Origin: Eledone cirrhosa | Lineage: Eukaryota | NCBI GenBank assembly: GCA_964016885.1 | Contig: OZ024742.1 | Location: 350,672,001 to 350,736,000, forward strand | Direction: 5' to 3' | Length of the DNA stretch: 64,000 nucleotides | In this document: positions 1 to 14,364 of the stretch, in pieces | How positions within the stretch are numbered: the stretch's first letter is position 1 | How the letters are laid out: every line of letters starts with the position of its first letter | Translations under genes and position numbers: made by a program | The notes under the pieces: model-generated | The model's database searches: none | What the model saw: only the letters and a program-made list of their open reading frames with translations | What the model was told of the DNA's origin: nothing

Positions 1-376
1 TGCAATTTGTACGTTTAAATTTAGCTTTATTTTAGCAATAGTAATTCTAATGTTGTAGCTTATTGATTCATATCTTAGTGACATATTCAGAGAGCCACTT
101 GATGCAGCAATACAATCAATTTACCCAGTTCCTGCTTAGAACGAATGCTTTTCGAAATAGAAAGTTTCGTTGCCAAACACCACTTTGAGTTCATTAAATA
201 CTTAACTGACACGACTTAATAAGATTAAATAGAAATACTTAGTAGGAATAATATATTGACACTGAAAGCAAGACAGACAAGTATTTGGTACGTAGTAATA
301 GTTATCGGGGGAGTGAGTGACCTTATAATCATATCAGCGCATTTAAATCGTATGCTAAAAGCCGTTACGTTGCGAT

Positions 377-2496
<2,120 letters not shown>

Positions 2497-2497
<1 letters not shown>

Positions 2498-2812
2498 TGT
2501 TATACTTTGGGAGGGTCATGTTGCCAATAAGAAACACACGCACCAGTTGTTTCACTTCAATTTATTATAATACATTTATAAATTTAGGAATTTATAAATT
2601 TCCGGTTGGTTGGTTGGTTCCACAACCAGATGGTTGTTTATATATTGTCAAAGCTCTTTCGTCACACATTCTGTGACCTCTTAAGTGACTGGGGATTCTT
2701 TTCTTTGTTTTTGTGCCTCTCCTTTGTTCTGTCCTACGGCATCTTGTTTCTGTGTGTGTGACACACACTTTTTCAGATAAAGAATCTTGCTAAACAAATT
2801 CAGAAACGAAAT
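2497..2812 (-). mobile_element. PLE-like 3' end family H2, HHR motif at 2647-2689
   Basis: Homologous to 52630-52890. Minus strand reads gtca-CTTAAGA-g-gtcaca[gaatg]tgtgac-GAAA-gagc-TT-tgac; core G5 is mutated in this copy. Terminus abuts (TA)n. Confidence 0.7.
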
Positions 2813-2813
2813 A

Positions 2814-2898
<85 letters not shown>

Positions 2899-3094
2899 TA
2901 TATATATATAGTTGTTATATATATATAGTTGTTATATAGTGATGTGTACTACTAACTTTTGTTAGCAATATTAAGTTATCCACGCTTTTGTATATCTCCA
3001 ATTCCATTTAAGGGAACAGCTAGGTGATGTAAAACGGAGTATTTGTATCAAAATAAAGATCCTAAGGCATGGTATAAATTGCCAATCATTTTAA

Positions 3095-3168
3095 TCACGA
3101 CACATGTTTCAATAAGAGAAACATCGATCGTGTGGCCATGATCAATTAGCACTGATCTCGTCAGGTAA
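3095..3168 (-). ncRNA. HHR-like motif with long degenerate stem II (H3)
   Basis: ttac-CTGACGA-gat...att-GAAA-catgtg-TC-gtga: 4-bp stem I, GUC site. Downstream sequence runs into (TA)n at about 2900. Confidence 0.55.
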
Positions 3169-3540
3169 AAATGAATTGTCTTCAAATCCTTGATATGAGG
3201 GAGAAAATTTAACGATGTTCACTCACTAGAGTTTTGTCCCCCATATGAAGATTAAGCAGCCAACACACGCTGGCTGCTATCGTCCTCAGTTAGGGTCATA
3301 AATCTATCAAGTCTCTATCTCTAAATAGCTGTAAAAGACACTGGACGGGTCTAATCTCAACATTAAATCTCTAGAATTGCAGTCGGTCACAGTTAGTGTG
3401 AGTGAGTACACACACACATTCACACACACCGACGTGAGGTCGAAGAAAAAAAATACATATACAAACCAACATAGTATTCACCGAAATTTAGTTTACAAAA
3501 CAACAAATGTTATATTGGTCAAATCTCCATTTGACCAATC

Positions 3541-3976
3541 TACCATTGACTGACCAACGGTCAAAAATACAAATATAATTAATATAGACAAAAACACATA
3601 TATATAGTCTAACAAAGTTCTTTCGTTGCACATCTGCAACATCGTCAGATACAAGCACAATAACAACAAACACATATAAACACACACTAGTAAACTAAGA
3701 TAGAATACAATAACCAAAACACAGTCACCCAAACACGAACACACATCGAACACTATACACACATGCAAACGCATTCGCAGAGAAGAAGACAAAAATAAAT
3801 AAATAAATAAATAAACAGATTAAATAAAGATGCCGTAGACATACAATACAACAGGAGGAAACATAATAGCACCACTGACGATGTTGCAGATGTGCAACGA
3901 AAACTTTGTTAGACTATATATATGTGTTTGTGTCTATATTGTATCTGTATTTTTGCCCGTTGGTCAGTCAATGGTA
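3541..3976. mobile_element. Inverted pair of PLE-like ends (H4), HHR cores at 3611-3648 (-) and 3871-3910 (+)
   Basis: Arms 3541-3648 and 3875-3976 are reverse complements. Motif CTGACGA-t-gttgca[gatg]tgcaac-GAAA-(g)aac-TT-tgtt has the same architecture as H2. Confidence 0.65.
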
Positions 3977-4127
3977 AACATCGAGGACCAAATAAATTAA
4001 CTGATATAAAAAATACAGAAGCAAAAACCAACCAAACAGTGAGTGTGTTCTGTTATTAATTCTGGCAATATTATTACAACAATATGACCCTCCCCACGTA
4101 TAACAATATATATAAATATATATATAT

Positions 4128-4660
4128 AAGCAAAAGGGATATTCAATTAGTTGGTAATTCAACAAATATAAATGTTTATAACTGATTTAGAGCACTCCAC
4201 AAGATTTCTAGAGTATAATATTCAATGATATTAAATAAATGGAAACTATATTTATAAAACCATATTTATTGTATTATATATATTTCACGGGTACCTTTTA
4301 AATCAACGTAAATACAAGCTCTTCTTCCTTTCTCTCCCTCCTACTCATACATACACATATTCTAATTATTTAAATTCAGCATAGCGTCTAAAATAACGTT
4401 TTTTTTCAGCCCTATACCTCAACCTCATTTGCACACTTATCTTAATAATTTTGAATATCTGACTTTTCTTCTCTTATCCCTTCACTATCCAAGGAAAACT
4501 TGAACCGTTAAGGTATCTTTTCTTGGTTATGTCAAAATTTATAAAACAAACTTTGTATTTTACCTGATGAAAACGTACCAAATTTTTGGTACCCTTGAAA
4601 AATATATAATAGAATAAATATGGTTTTATAAATCTAGTTCCATTTATTTAATATCATTAT
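4128..4660. mobile_element. Inverted pair of PLE-like ends (H5), HHR at 4556-4616 (+)
   Basis: Arms at about 4223-4297 and 4588-4660 are inverted. tattttac-CTGATGA-aaacgtaccaaa[tt]tttggtaccctt-GAAA-aatata-TA-atagaata. Same family at 48355-48430 and 56748-57190. Confidence 0.65.
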
Positions 4661-5744
4661 ATATATATATATATATTCAATGGCCACGACATTATATTGC
4701 TGATATATTTTATATTTGAAAACTTAAATCTTCATAAGAGTAAATTAACCACTCTATGAGAGAATGACTAGTACGACATTAAATTATTGAGACGAATGGT
4801 GTGTTCTATTGCATGCAACTGTCGAGCAGAGACTCTATGTGTCATTGTTCAATTCCAACAACAATATCAACTACGATCTTAATATATCGGAAATGTAAAA
4901 CACAAACCTGCAGGGAAATGTCAGCGACTCGTAAAGAGAAGAGGAGACTTAAGTAGATGTGTTTTGCCCGAGTTATTTGGCAGCATGTTCAGCCACTCTA
5001 GACATGTTCTTCTTCACATACATATATCTGATTCCTGAGAGGCTCTTGTTAGCTGAGTCCTCAAACTCTCCGTTCATTGGGTTCTATCAGAAGCAACTGT
5101 CTGCAACTGATCTGGCTGGATCCCCGAGCGAGAGCAACCAAGCTCATTGATGTTATCCAACAAACTTGCTCGTGGTCTAACCCTGTGTCTCCTGCCGGCG
5201 GGTTTTATCCGTAAACCCACTCTAAATATGAAATATTTCTGAGCTTCTGTCAAAACGATGAACTACGGAAACTTGTGAGGCATGAAAAGCGATCACACCT
5301 ACTCTCGTTGTATTGTAACTATTTTTTTTTAATCCGAACGTAACATCCTCCTTAACTATCTGCAGTTGTGGCCACCTTAGTCTATGTCTGCGCATGATCG
5401 GCTGTGGTAACCTGATCCACTGATTTAGTGGGAGTTAATAGAACGTGAATGATTTGACCTGAGAGACCAGTTCCTTTGTACGATTGTACGACCCAGTGAG
5501 ATATGGTACTTTCTGGGGGCACGGCAAATTTATGATGAATACATTCCTAAACTAATACATTTACCAGCAAGGCCCGGCAATTTAAGGACAGAGATAGGTC
5601 GATTGTAATTTCGATATTATTGATTAATTATTTGTTTATCGATCTCGAACGTACGAGAGGCAAATTTTGAACTCAGAACCAAATGAACGTGAACTGATAC
5701 TGCAAACCATCTTATGTATTCCAACGAGTCTGACACTTTACCAT

Positions 5745-5851
5745 AGTACTACCACTACTACTACTAACAATACTACTACAACAACTACTACTACTACTAC
5801 TCCTACTACTTCTACTACCACTACTACTACTTCTACTACCACTACTAACAA

Positions 5852-5907
<56 letters not shown>

Positions 5908-5960
5908 AATAGTTCTACAAATACTACTAACATTACTTGCACTACTAATATTATTACTAC
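5745..5960. repeat. (CTA)n trinucleotide microsatellite
   Basis: Directly visible; explains the poly-T and poly-S ORFs. Confidence 0.95.
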
Positions 5961-6711
5961 TAAGTCTAACAACAATAATGATATTAGTACAAACTAATGA
6001 TATTAGTACAAACAAACAAAAAAAAAAAAAAAGTAGATTTATGACAAGAATCTAAAACTCCACTGAGCTTTCAATTAGTAAGACATTGTTCATCGTTGCA
6101 ATATTTTCTCTACAAACAAGAAACATTCGCATCATTAAATATACATTTATATCACGTAAACTTTACAGGAAAATATAAAGAGCACTTAAGAATACTGTGA
6201 ATGGGTACATATGTGTGGAATAAATCATGTTATTCGATTTTTTAAAATACATATTGCACTAGATATATATCTATTTATACTAAAGCACACTAACCTTCAT
6301 AAACAAATACGTGTCTCACTATATTGAAACCCAGTGTGTTTCAATCATCGAAGAAATGACAAGCTAGTGGAATGTTTCCGGAAGCAATAACTTGACAGAT
6401 GAAAGTGTGATGTGCAATTTGTAAAACGTAAAGAGAATCAAACATGCAAAATTCGGTGTGATTTCAAACTAACGAAGCGATATCCAATATAAATGATTAC
6501 ACTATATACAATGATTGAAAGTTCTCTGTTTAAAATTGCACATTAAACAGAAAAAACATCGTGTGATATAGACGATAGTACACACAACTTTACTAAATAA
6601 ACGGGGACAAAATATTTCCTGCGACAATCTATTATGTTAAAGGGTATCTTCGTAAAGAAATGAGATGAAAAAAAAAAAAAAAAATTGAAAACGTTTTACA
6701 AATATTTACTC

Positions 6712-6895
6712 AGCTGGCAGTATCGGTAGAGAGTCTGACGCTATGCTTTGCAGCAAAGAGTTATGGCCCCTTATGACGTGAGTTGAAATTCCGCCGAGGT
6801 TAACTTTGCCTTTCATACTTACGGGGTCGATAAAAGAAAGTACCAGTAATACACTGTGTTAATAACTGGCCTTGTGCCAAAAGTAGAAACAATTA
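6712..6895 (+). mobile_element. tRNA-derived SINE, family A
   Basis: A-box-like TGGCAGTATCGG and degenerate B-box GTTGAAATTCC, followed by the conserved TTTGCCTTTCATCCTTACGGGGTCGATAAAATAAAGTACCAGT core seen in more than 10 copies in the window. Confidence 0.9.
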
Positions 6896-7143
6896 TATAT
6901 AAATCTCTACCGAAAATGTCCGCTAATTCTTTCCTTTCTGTCTCGTTTCAGTTTAATAAAACATGTTCCTCTGAATTAAGCAGACCCAAGCCCTCTTTGA
7001 ACAAGCTGACTCGGAAACATTTATTTTTGTTCTCCAAATATGTTGGCCCTTGAGTTCTTAGATAAAAAATAAGGGTGCCGTGATAAAATTTAAAACCGGT
7101 GGAGTTCATCTCTCGCCATGTCTGAATACAGACGATTTCCTAC

Positions 7144-7146
<3 letters not shown>

Positions 7147-7225
<79 letters not shown>
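7147..7225. repeat. (GA)n microsatellite
   Basis: Directly visible; similar tracts at 8170-8217 and 57213-57333. Confidence 0.95.
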
Positions 7226-7231
<6 letters not shown>

Positions 7232-7289
7232 AAAGAAATTGAAAGACAGAAAAAGAAAGCGAGTGAGAGAATGAGAGAGAGTCAAAAAA

Positions 7290-7507
7290 ATGATTTCTTA
7301 TATAGGCACAAGGCCAGCAATTTTGGGGGAGGAGAAAGTCGCTTAAATCTACTCCAGTGCGAAACTGGTACTTTATTTTATCGACCCCGTGAGGATGGAA
7401 GGCAAAGTTAACCTCGGTGGGATTTGAACACAGAACGTAAAGGGCCGTAATTCTATGCTGCAAAGCATGGCGTCCGACCCTCTACCGATACTGCCAATCC
7501 ACCGCCA
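7290..7507 (-). mobile_element. SINE family A
   Basis: Reverse complement of the family A consensus. Confidence 0.9.
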
Positions 7508-7809
7508 GAGAGACACAAACATGAGCACCACTAGTGGGCTAGTAGACTAGCTGCTTATTGACAATGACAATTGGAATCTGGTAGGATTTGAATACTGGGC
7601 ACAGAGAGCCTGGAATAGTACCACAAAGCATTCTGACGAATCGATGAACAAATACTCCACATTGAGCTGCCTATTATTTACAACCACGGAGTTTTACAGT
7701 GCGTCTCTCATAGGAAATCACAATACATCATACTTTGGTCCAGAAACTACACATGTTGAAGCTGAACAGTAATCACATCCATATATTTACTAAATAGATG
7801 ATAAAAATA

Positions 7810-7965
7810 ATTACTTCTACATTTGGCACAAGGCCAAGAATAACTCAGTGTATTACTGGTCCTTTATTTTATCGACCCCGTAAGAATTAAAGGCAATTTG
7901 AACTCAGACGATAAATGACCGTAACTCTTTACTACAAAGCATGGCGTCCGACCCTCTACCGATGC
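7810..7965 (-). mobile_element. SINE family A, internally deleted
   Basis: Matches family A tail, core and head on the minus strand. Confidence 0.8.
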
Positions 7966-8167
7966 AAATCCATACAATATAGACATGGCTAACTGTTATG
8001 AGAGCAGTTGAGGATGGACACTAATAAAATAAACAACTTTTATCTTATATGGAACTAACAAAGAGCATATCAGGTCAAACAATGTAGGGATGGATGGATG
8101 GAGCCATAAAGTGGGCATTCTTTAAATTTAGGGTGTCCATTCCTTCTCTGACAAAACTAATCTCTGT

Positions 8168-8221
<54 letters not shown>

Positions 8222-8444
8222 GTAGGGGAAGAATTGACCACAACACTGAACTAGTACTTTTTTTTACCGACTTCGAAATGATGAAAGGCGCCGTTTCACT
8301 TTCATGGGTTTGGGATATAAGGCGCAAAAAGTCGAAACAAAAGACGCAAATTATTTCTACGACGGGGTAAAAACTGTCTATTCGCTTTGTTAAAAAATCA
8401 CTGGTAGAATATTATATATACCAATATATATATATATATATATA

Positions 8445-8739
8445 CACTGAAGATTAAGAACTCAGAGCTGTACGGGAGCCTCCCAAAAGTTAGCTCAAAG
8501 GTGACACAGAGGAGACTGAGGTTAGCTGGACATGCTCACCGACGTCCAGAGTGACACTGCACTCAGCGCTCCCGTGGGAGTCGCTGCATGGACACACTGG
8601 AAGAGGAAGACCGTGGTTGACATATGTTGATGCCCTAAGGATAGACACTGGTCTGTTGGAGACGCAGGACATGGCAGCGATATTGAGGGACAGAGACCAC
8701 TGGAGAGAACTCGTCCATGTATCTCGGGAATTTTACCCG

Positions 8740-8742
<3 letters not shown>
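8445..8742 (+). mobile_element. 5'-truncated RTE-like LINE 3' end inside (TA)n
   Basis: Frameshifted translation NSELYGSLPKVSSKVTQRRLRLAGH...GHTGRGRPWLTYVDALRIDTG...RDRDHWRELV resembles the RTE C-terminus (RRLRxxGH...RGRP...DRxxWR). Second copy at 53100-53210. Confidence 0.8.
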
Positions 8743-8773
<31 letters not shown>

Positions 8774-9034
8774 GTATGTACTTTTGTAAACTCAAAACAA
8801 ATATTATTATATTTACTAACTATTTCCGGCTTTTAGTTACGAGTTGCTTCCTCTGGCCGGCTACATATATATACAATAACCTTCTTTATGCAGAAAAAAA
8901 CCCCCAAAACCAGTACTTCTCTGATCGAGAGTGAACAAACATTTGGGTTATTATGAGAGTTCTCTGAAATAGATATCTTCCCACGGAGAAATACGTAACG
9001 AAGGGTATTATAATTCAACTGACTATGGTACAAT

Positions 9035-9420
9035 TAGAAAATTAGACATTTCAATTTGCATATTATCAGTGCCTTGCCGCTGGCAAATTCAATTCAATAC
9101 TAAACTGCAACTAAGATATCAGATAAATACAGACTCCATAAAAGAGTTTAACTGCAGTTGACTAATATATAAATAGATAGATATACTGCGCCATCTAATC
9201 GTCTTCTCAAGGTATTTTACTGCGGACCAAGAATAGTAAATGATCTTAATTAACTTCCTATTCTTATTGAGGTGTACCTCAGATTCAACGTATATTTTAT
9301 TTTTCCCAAGGTGAGATAGGATGCGACATGCATTGGATTGAACACTCTCTGCAATGGGATTGTAAAGAAATGAAAAATTAATTTGCTGCACCAAATATAT
9401 TAATCGGATCAGTAGAGTTA
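9035..9420 (-). mobile_element. Degenerate PLE-like 3' end
   Basis: Weak GIY-YIG C-terminal-like translation (PIAES...IL...IYVESEVHLN) followed by a decayed TTGAGAA core. Confidence 0.3.
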
Positions 9421-10129
9421 TACAAGCACATACTGTACTGAAAGAACCTAGGAAAAAGGGGCAATTAACACAACGAACACGAAAAGTATTAAGAGAGATA
9501 AATATATATCAAGATATATAATATATATAATAACTAATCACATTTAGATGCTTGAACAACCAACAGTATACAGTATGAAAGAAAAGCAGTATGAATGAAG
9601 AAACGCTATAGACAAATTAAATTAGTATTACGTATAGAATAAAAGGCAACAATTATACTGATTAGCATAACTACACCAGCTATCCTAGCAATTAAATAAG
9701 ATTACAGAGTAATCAATTGAAAATTAAGTGAACTAAGGAGAAGTTGACAGGGAAATAAGTATAATTAAAGCAGATATAGAGAAAATATACTTAGTTTATA
9801 TCTAGTGGGGAAGATTGATGAGAGCGATAGAAACTTATTATCAATTAAATACACTACTTGTGAGAATAACGCATGGAACAATACGTAGAGAAACGTTCTA
9901 GCTGGAACAAATAATTAAGTTGGTTCTAACGTAATTAATATAGTGAATTAAGAAATTACAACCACAGTGACGACAAGACATTTAGTTATATGATAACTCC
10001 TAAAGAATATAAAGGGAAACAACCTCGACATTGTATATGACCATTTATGAGGTAGTCAGTGATCATTTTCAGTACGATGACAACTGATGGAGGAGATGTT
10101 TCCGTCTTATACTTCCCAAGAAGGAAGGT

Positions 10130-10430
10130 AGTGGACTGGCAGAATCGGTAGAGCGTTGGACAACATGTTTTGCGGCACATAGTTAATGTTGGTCTGAGTT
10201 CAAATCCCACCGAGGTTAGCTTTGCCTTCCATCCTTACGGGGTCGATAAAATATAATTGTTTCTACTTTTGGCGCAAGGCCAGCAATTGCCCAGTGTATT
10301 ATTGGTACGTTATTTTATCGACCCCGTAAGGATGAAAGGCAAAGTTAACCTTGACGAGATTTGAACTCAGATTATAAAGGGACGTGACTATGCAGGAAAG
10401 CATGGCGTCCAACCCTCTACCGATACGCAT
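10130..10430. mobile_element. Two family A SINEs tail-to-tail (10130-10255 +, 10255-10430 -)
   Basis: Core appears in both orientations about 60 bp apart. Confidence 0.85.
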
Positions 10431-11314
10431 TGGGGTAGATTTCATCGACTTGCTCCTTCACCCATCGAAAATTGTTGGTCTTATTCCTTAATCAGAAACG
10501 AATCATACCTTCCAAGTAAAATATGTTTTACATTATTCAATAGTGTCACATAGAGCTGGTGAATATACACTGAACTCCGTTAAATGTTAATGGGGATGTA
10601 CCTCAGAGAAAATAATGGCATGTTCAGAAAATTCATTAATGATAATTATGTCAATAAAATTAGATTGGTTCAGGTAACAGCCCAGAATAGATAACCTTCC
10701 TCACGTTTCAGGGTGGTAAATCTCTAATTTACGGCGCCAACTGCTCCAGTATGTATTCCATCATTAGCCATATCATTCAGAAGATCGGAAGATAGATATT
10801 TAATGACACTTGACCGACAACTTCATTTTAGTGCCAATCGCCGTCAATTTCTCTGTGGTTTTCCGTCTACGAACGAACATTTTCCTCCACAAAATTGGGA
10901 GGGGGCATCCTGCATAAGGATAAGGCCCCACGAGGGAGACTGGTTGATGTAATGGCTTTTGCATGCTGTTTTCTGCAGCAATGCATTAACCATTTTGTTC
11001 GCGGGGCTGAGCTGAGATATACCGTCTAGACTGGGATGTAGTATCTGCTATTCAACTTATCTTTACTTTCGCTATCTATTGTTTCTCTGGTTTATTATTG
11101 AATTATATATATGTTGAATTATATATTTCCATCTTTTACTTTTAATTAATGTTTACATAAGAAAAAACCATTATACACAGTCGCAATTTAGATTGAACTG
11201 AGTCTAGGAATACACCAACTGTAAATACCTGGAAAATAAAATATAGCCTGAACCATGAGCCAAATAAGCCTCAATATTATCATACTGTATTATCATACAA
11301 TATTATTATACAAG

Positions 11315-11503
11315 GGCGGTGGATTGGCAGTATCGGTAGAGCGTCGGACACCATGCTTTGCAGCAAAGAGTTACAGCCCTTTATGTTCTGAGTTCAAATC
11401 CCGCCGAGGTTAACTTTGCCTTTCATCCTTACGGGGTCGATAAAATAAAGTACCAGTAATACACTGGATAATTGCTGGCCTTGTGCTAACACATAGAAAC
11501 AAA
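11315..11503 (+). mobile_element. SINE family A, near full length
   Basis: GGGCGGTGGATTGGCAGTATCGG...GAGTTCAAATCCC...core...TAGAAACAA. Confidence 0.92.
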
Positions 11504-12999
11504 TATTATCATACTGTCTAAGATGGAAGTCGGTTAAACATCAATAACATGAGACAAACATAATTTCAGTGACCTATTAGACTCGAAGGAATCTATTGAA
11601 AATGCTAATAGTTTAAACTCATAGTTCCCCAGAAGAATTAACAGAGAAATGACGAAATGCTTTCCAGCAAATATTATTCCCGTCTTTATACATAGTTTCT
11701 ATAGCAACATTTAACTCAATTTGCTCCTCTCCTTTTCAGGACATTGCAGTGGGCTGTGAGGGAAATTTAATCGCTTTCTTAGCAAATTAAACGACCGCAT
11801 AATACATTATTTGTAGGCGCCTCTAAGGATGATTTACGTACTATTTCTAGCAGATTGAGAACCAGCATATTGGCTCCTTCGTACGCTTGTACAATTCTAA
11901 GGTGAAATTAAAATACAACCCAATACACCGTACAAACTATCCTATATTTGAAACATCAGGTTGGGTAAGTCTATGAAATGCATAAAACTAGCAGCAATAG
12001 AAACCTTTAATTATCCAATCCGTTCAATTTGAGTTGTTTTTGTCTGCTATTTCTAGCAGCACGAGTAACCAGGTAGATGAGACGCATTGGATCGTGATTT
12101 AAAAGTAGTTACATTTAGTGAAATGTTCTAAGAAAAACAAAATGACATACACATGAATGACTACGGATGGAAGCAGCAAACTGACAGCATTTGAGCATAT
12201 GACTGTACACGTGGATCGAAGTAACACCACAGACATTATTATTATTAAAGAGTAACGTCGGAAATAATGTGTCTTTATCGACATATCGATTCCCACTGAC
12301 CAGGAATTTGCTCAGAATATAGTATTTTCAAGACAGAGATAAAACCTGTGCTACGAATGTATGTAACATTAATCTTATTGTAATTGGAAACTTAGGAGTA
12401 GTTAAAACAAAGATAAATCGACGTATACTATAGAAAATAACATCACACAGTAGAGAGCATGTATATGGTTGTATGTATGTAGGGTTCCTTTCGGGAATTC
12501 AATATCACGACACACAGACATATACACATAAGCATGTATAAACAAACAGAAAATCTATGCATTTGTTTCAAATCGAGCTAAGTTTGCTATTGCAGAAGAA
12601 AATCTTATTAAATGAGACAACAACAACAATAGTAACAATAATAAAACTAAATTATAATTTCTTATATAACAACAGTGAAAAGGGGTAGTCGTAGTCGCAG
12701 GAACAATAATAACTGTTGAAAATTTGCAAAACAGTTGGAAAGAAATATCTTCTGGTAAGAGAATGACCATTTCCTTGAGTGCTTTGCAAATTGATATAAC
12801 GCTTGAAACAGAAATAAAATATATGCGAAAGAAAGTGTGGTAAGAAGCATTAAAGAAATATTGAAAGTGACATCCACAAAAGTAAAGAAAAGGGACAAAG
12901 AGAAAAAGAAGCTGTCACGAGTAAATAAAAATATTAAAGCAATAAAACTCTAGTTTTCCAGGTTTTTACGTACGTTTATGAAAAACATACACACATACA

Positions 13000-13002
<3 letters not shown>

Positions 13003-13056
<54 letters not shown>

Positions 13057-13116
13057 ATATATATATATATATTATATATATATATATTATATAATATATA
13101 TATACATATATATACA

Positions 13117-13158
<42 letters not shown>

Positions 13159-13200
13159 CACATAAATATGTATATACATATATATATACATATACATACA

Positions 13201-13238
<38 letters not shown>

Positions 13239-13253
13239 TATACGCATACACTC

Positions 13254-13284
<31 letters not shown>

Positions 13285-13329
13285 TATACGCATACATATA
13301 TATATATATACATATATACACATATTTGT

Positions 13330-13408
<79 letters not shown>

Positions 13409-13459
13409 TGCACATTGATATACATACATATGTACATACATATATATACACTTCTATAT

Positions 13460-13490
<31 letters not shown>
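13003..13490. repeat. Compound (TA)n/(CA)n/(TACA)n microsatellite
   Basis: Directly visible; similar tracts at 16460-16625, 38298-38850, 46855-46940, 48430-48550, 49350-49620 and 50080-50480. Confidence 0.95.
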
Positions 13491-13491
<1 letters not shown>

Positions 13492-14052
13492 AAGCTACAT
13501 CAATCGAACGGAAAAACTAAATAAAATACATTTCTGAAGTTTGCATACCACATACATAAGAAATACAATAAACCGTTAGTCATTCTGGTATATTAAAATC
13601 AGGGAAACTTAAATACAATATTGATGCCAAGAAGGAGATATTTAAAAGCCTATCTCTAACAATGAAATTGGTTTCGACAATATCTTATATTTTCTTAGAA
13701 AAAAATTCATAAATCAAATAGAGAATGCACACAAACGAAATTACACACAAATTTAGAAGAAATTCGAATTTTTTTTTCTGTATTTCTGTTGCTTTAGACT
13801 GATTTTTCCTGCTTTTTGAGTGAATATTGAGTAGCGACAGGAAAAATATATTGAATAATCATAATAAAAACAAGCGTAAATAAACTAATTGTATTAGTAA
13901 TTATGAAACAGAAGGTTCCCTGAAATATACTCCACGGTGTGTATGTGTGTGTGTGGGGGGGGGGGGGGGGGTGAACGTGTGAGAGAGAGAGGTTCAGAGA
14001 GAAAGAGAGAGAGAGAGTGTGTGTATGTGTGTGTGTTGATATAGATATCGAG

Positions 14053-14268
14053 AAGGCGCGTGGCTGAGTGGTTAGAGAAATGGGTTCGCAATCGTGAGGT
14101 GTGATCGATTCCCAGACCGAGCGTTGCTCTTTTTGCATAGATTTGCGATCGGTAGATATTATTTGCAATTGGAAAGAACTATGGAAAGATTGTTTCCTCG
14201 GTCCGATTTGATTTGCTCCACTGTCACTCTTTGAGTGAATGGAGTCTGTGATGTTGTCGATCGACAGT

Positions 14269-14270
<2 letters not shown>
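14053..14270 (+). mobile_element. tRNA-derived SINE family B, degenerate
   Basis: GGCGCGTGGCTGAGTGGTTAG...GATCGATTCCC head; related to 21040-21250 (-). Confidence 0.7.

Positions 14271-14364
<94 letters not shown>

Noticed and set aside
5667-5975. Mucin-like poly-Thr/poly-Ser ORFs
   Set aside because: (CTA)n microsatellite next to a decayed SINE, with no supporting splice or domain evidence.
10800-10900. Minus-strand ILWRK...LTAIG as the next Ig exon
   Set aside because: No acceptor AG in position and an in-frame stop follows shortly.
11315-11410. tRNA genes at SINE heads
   Set aside because: A and B boxes are present but no complete cloverleaf, and they are always fused to SINE bodies.
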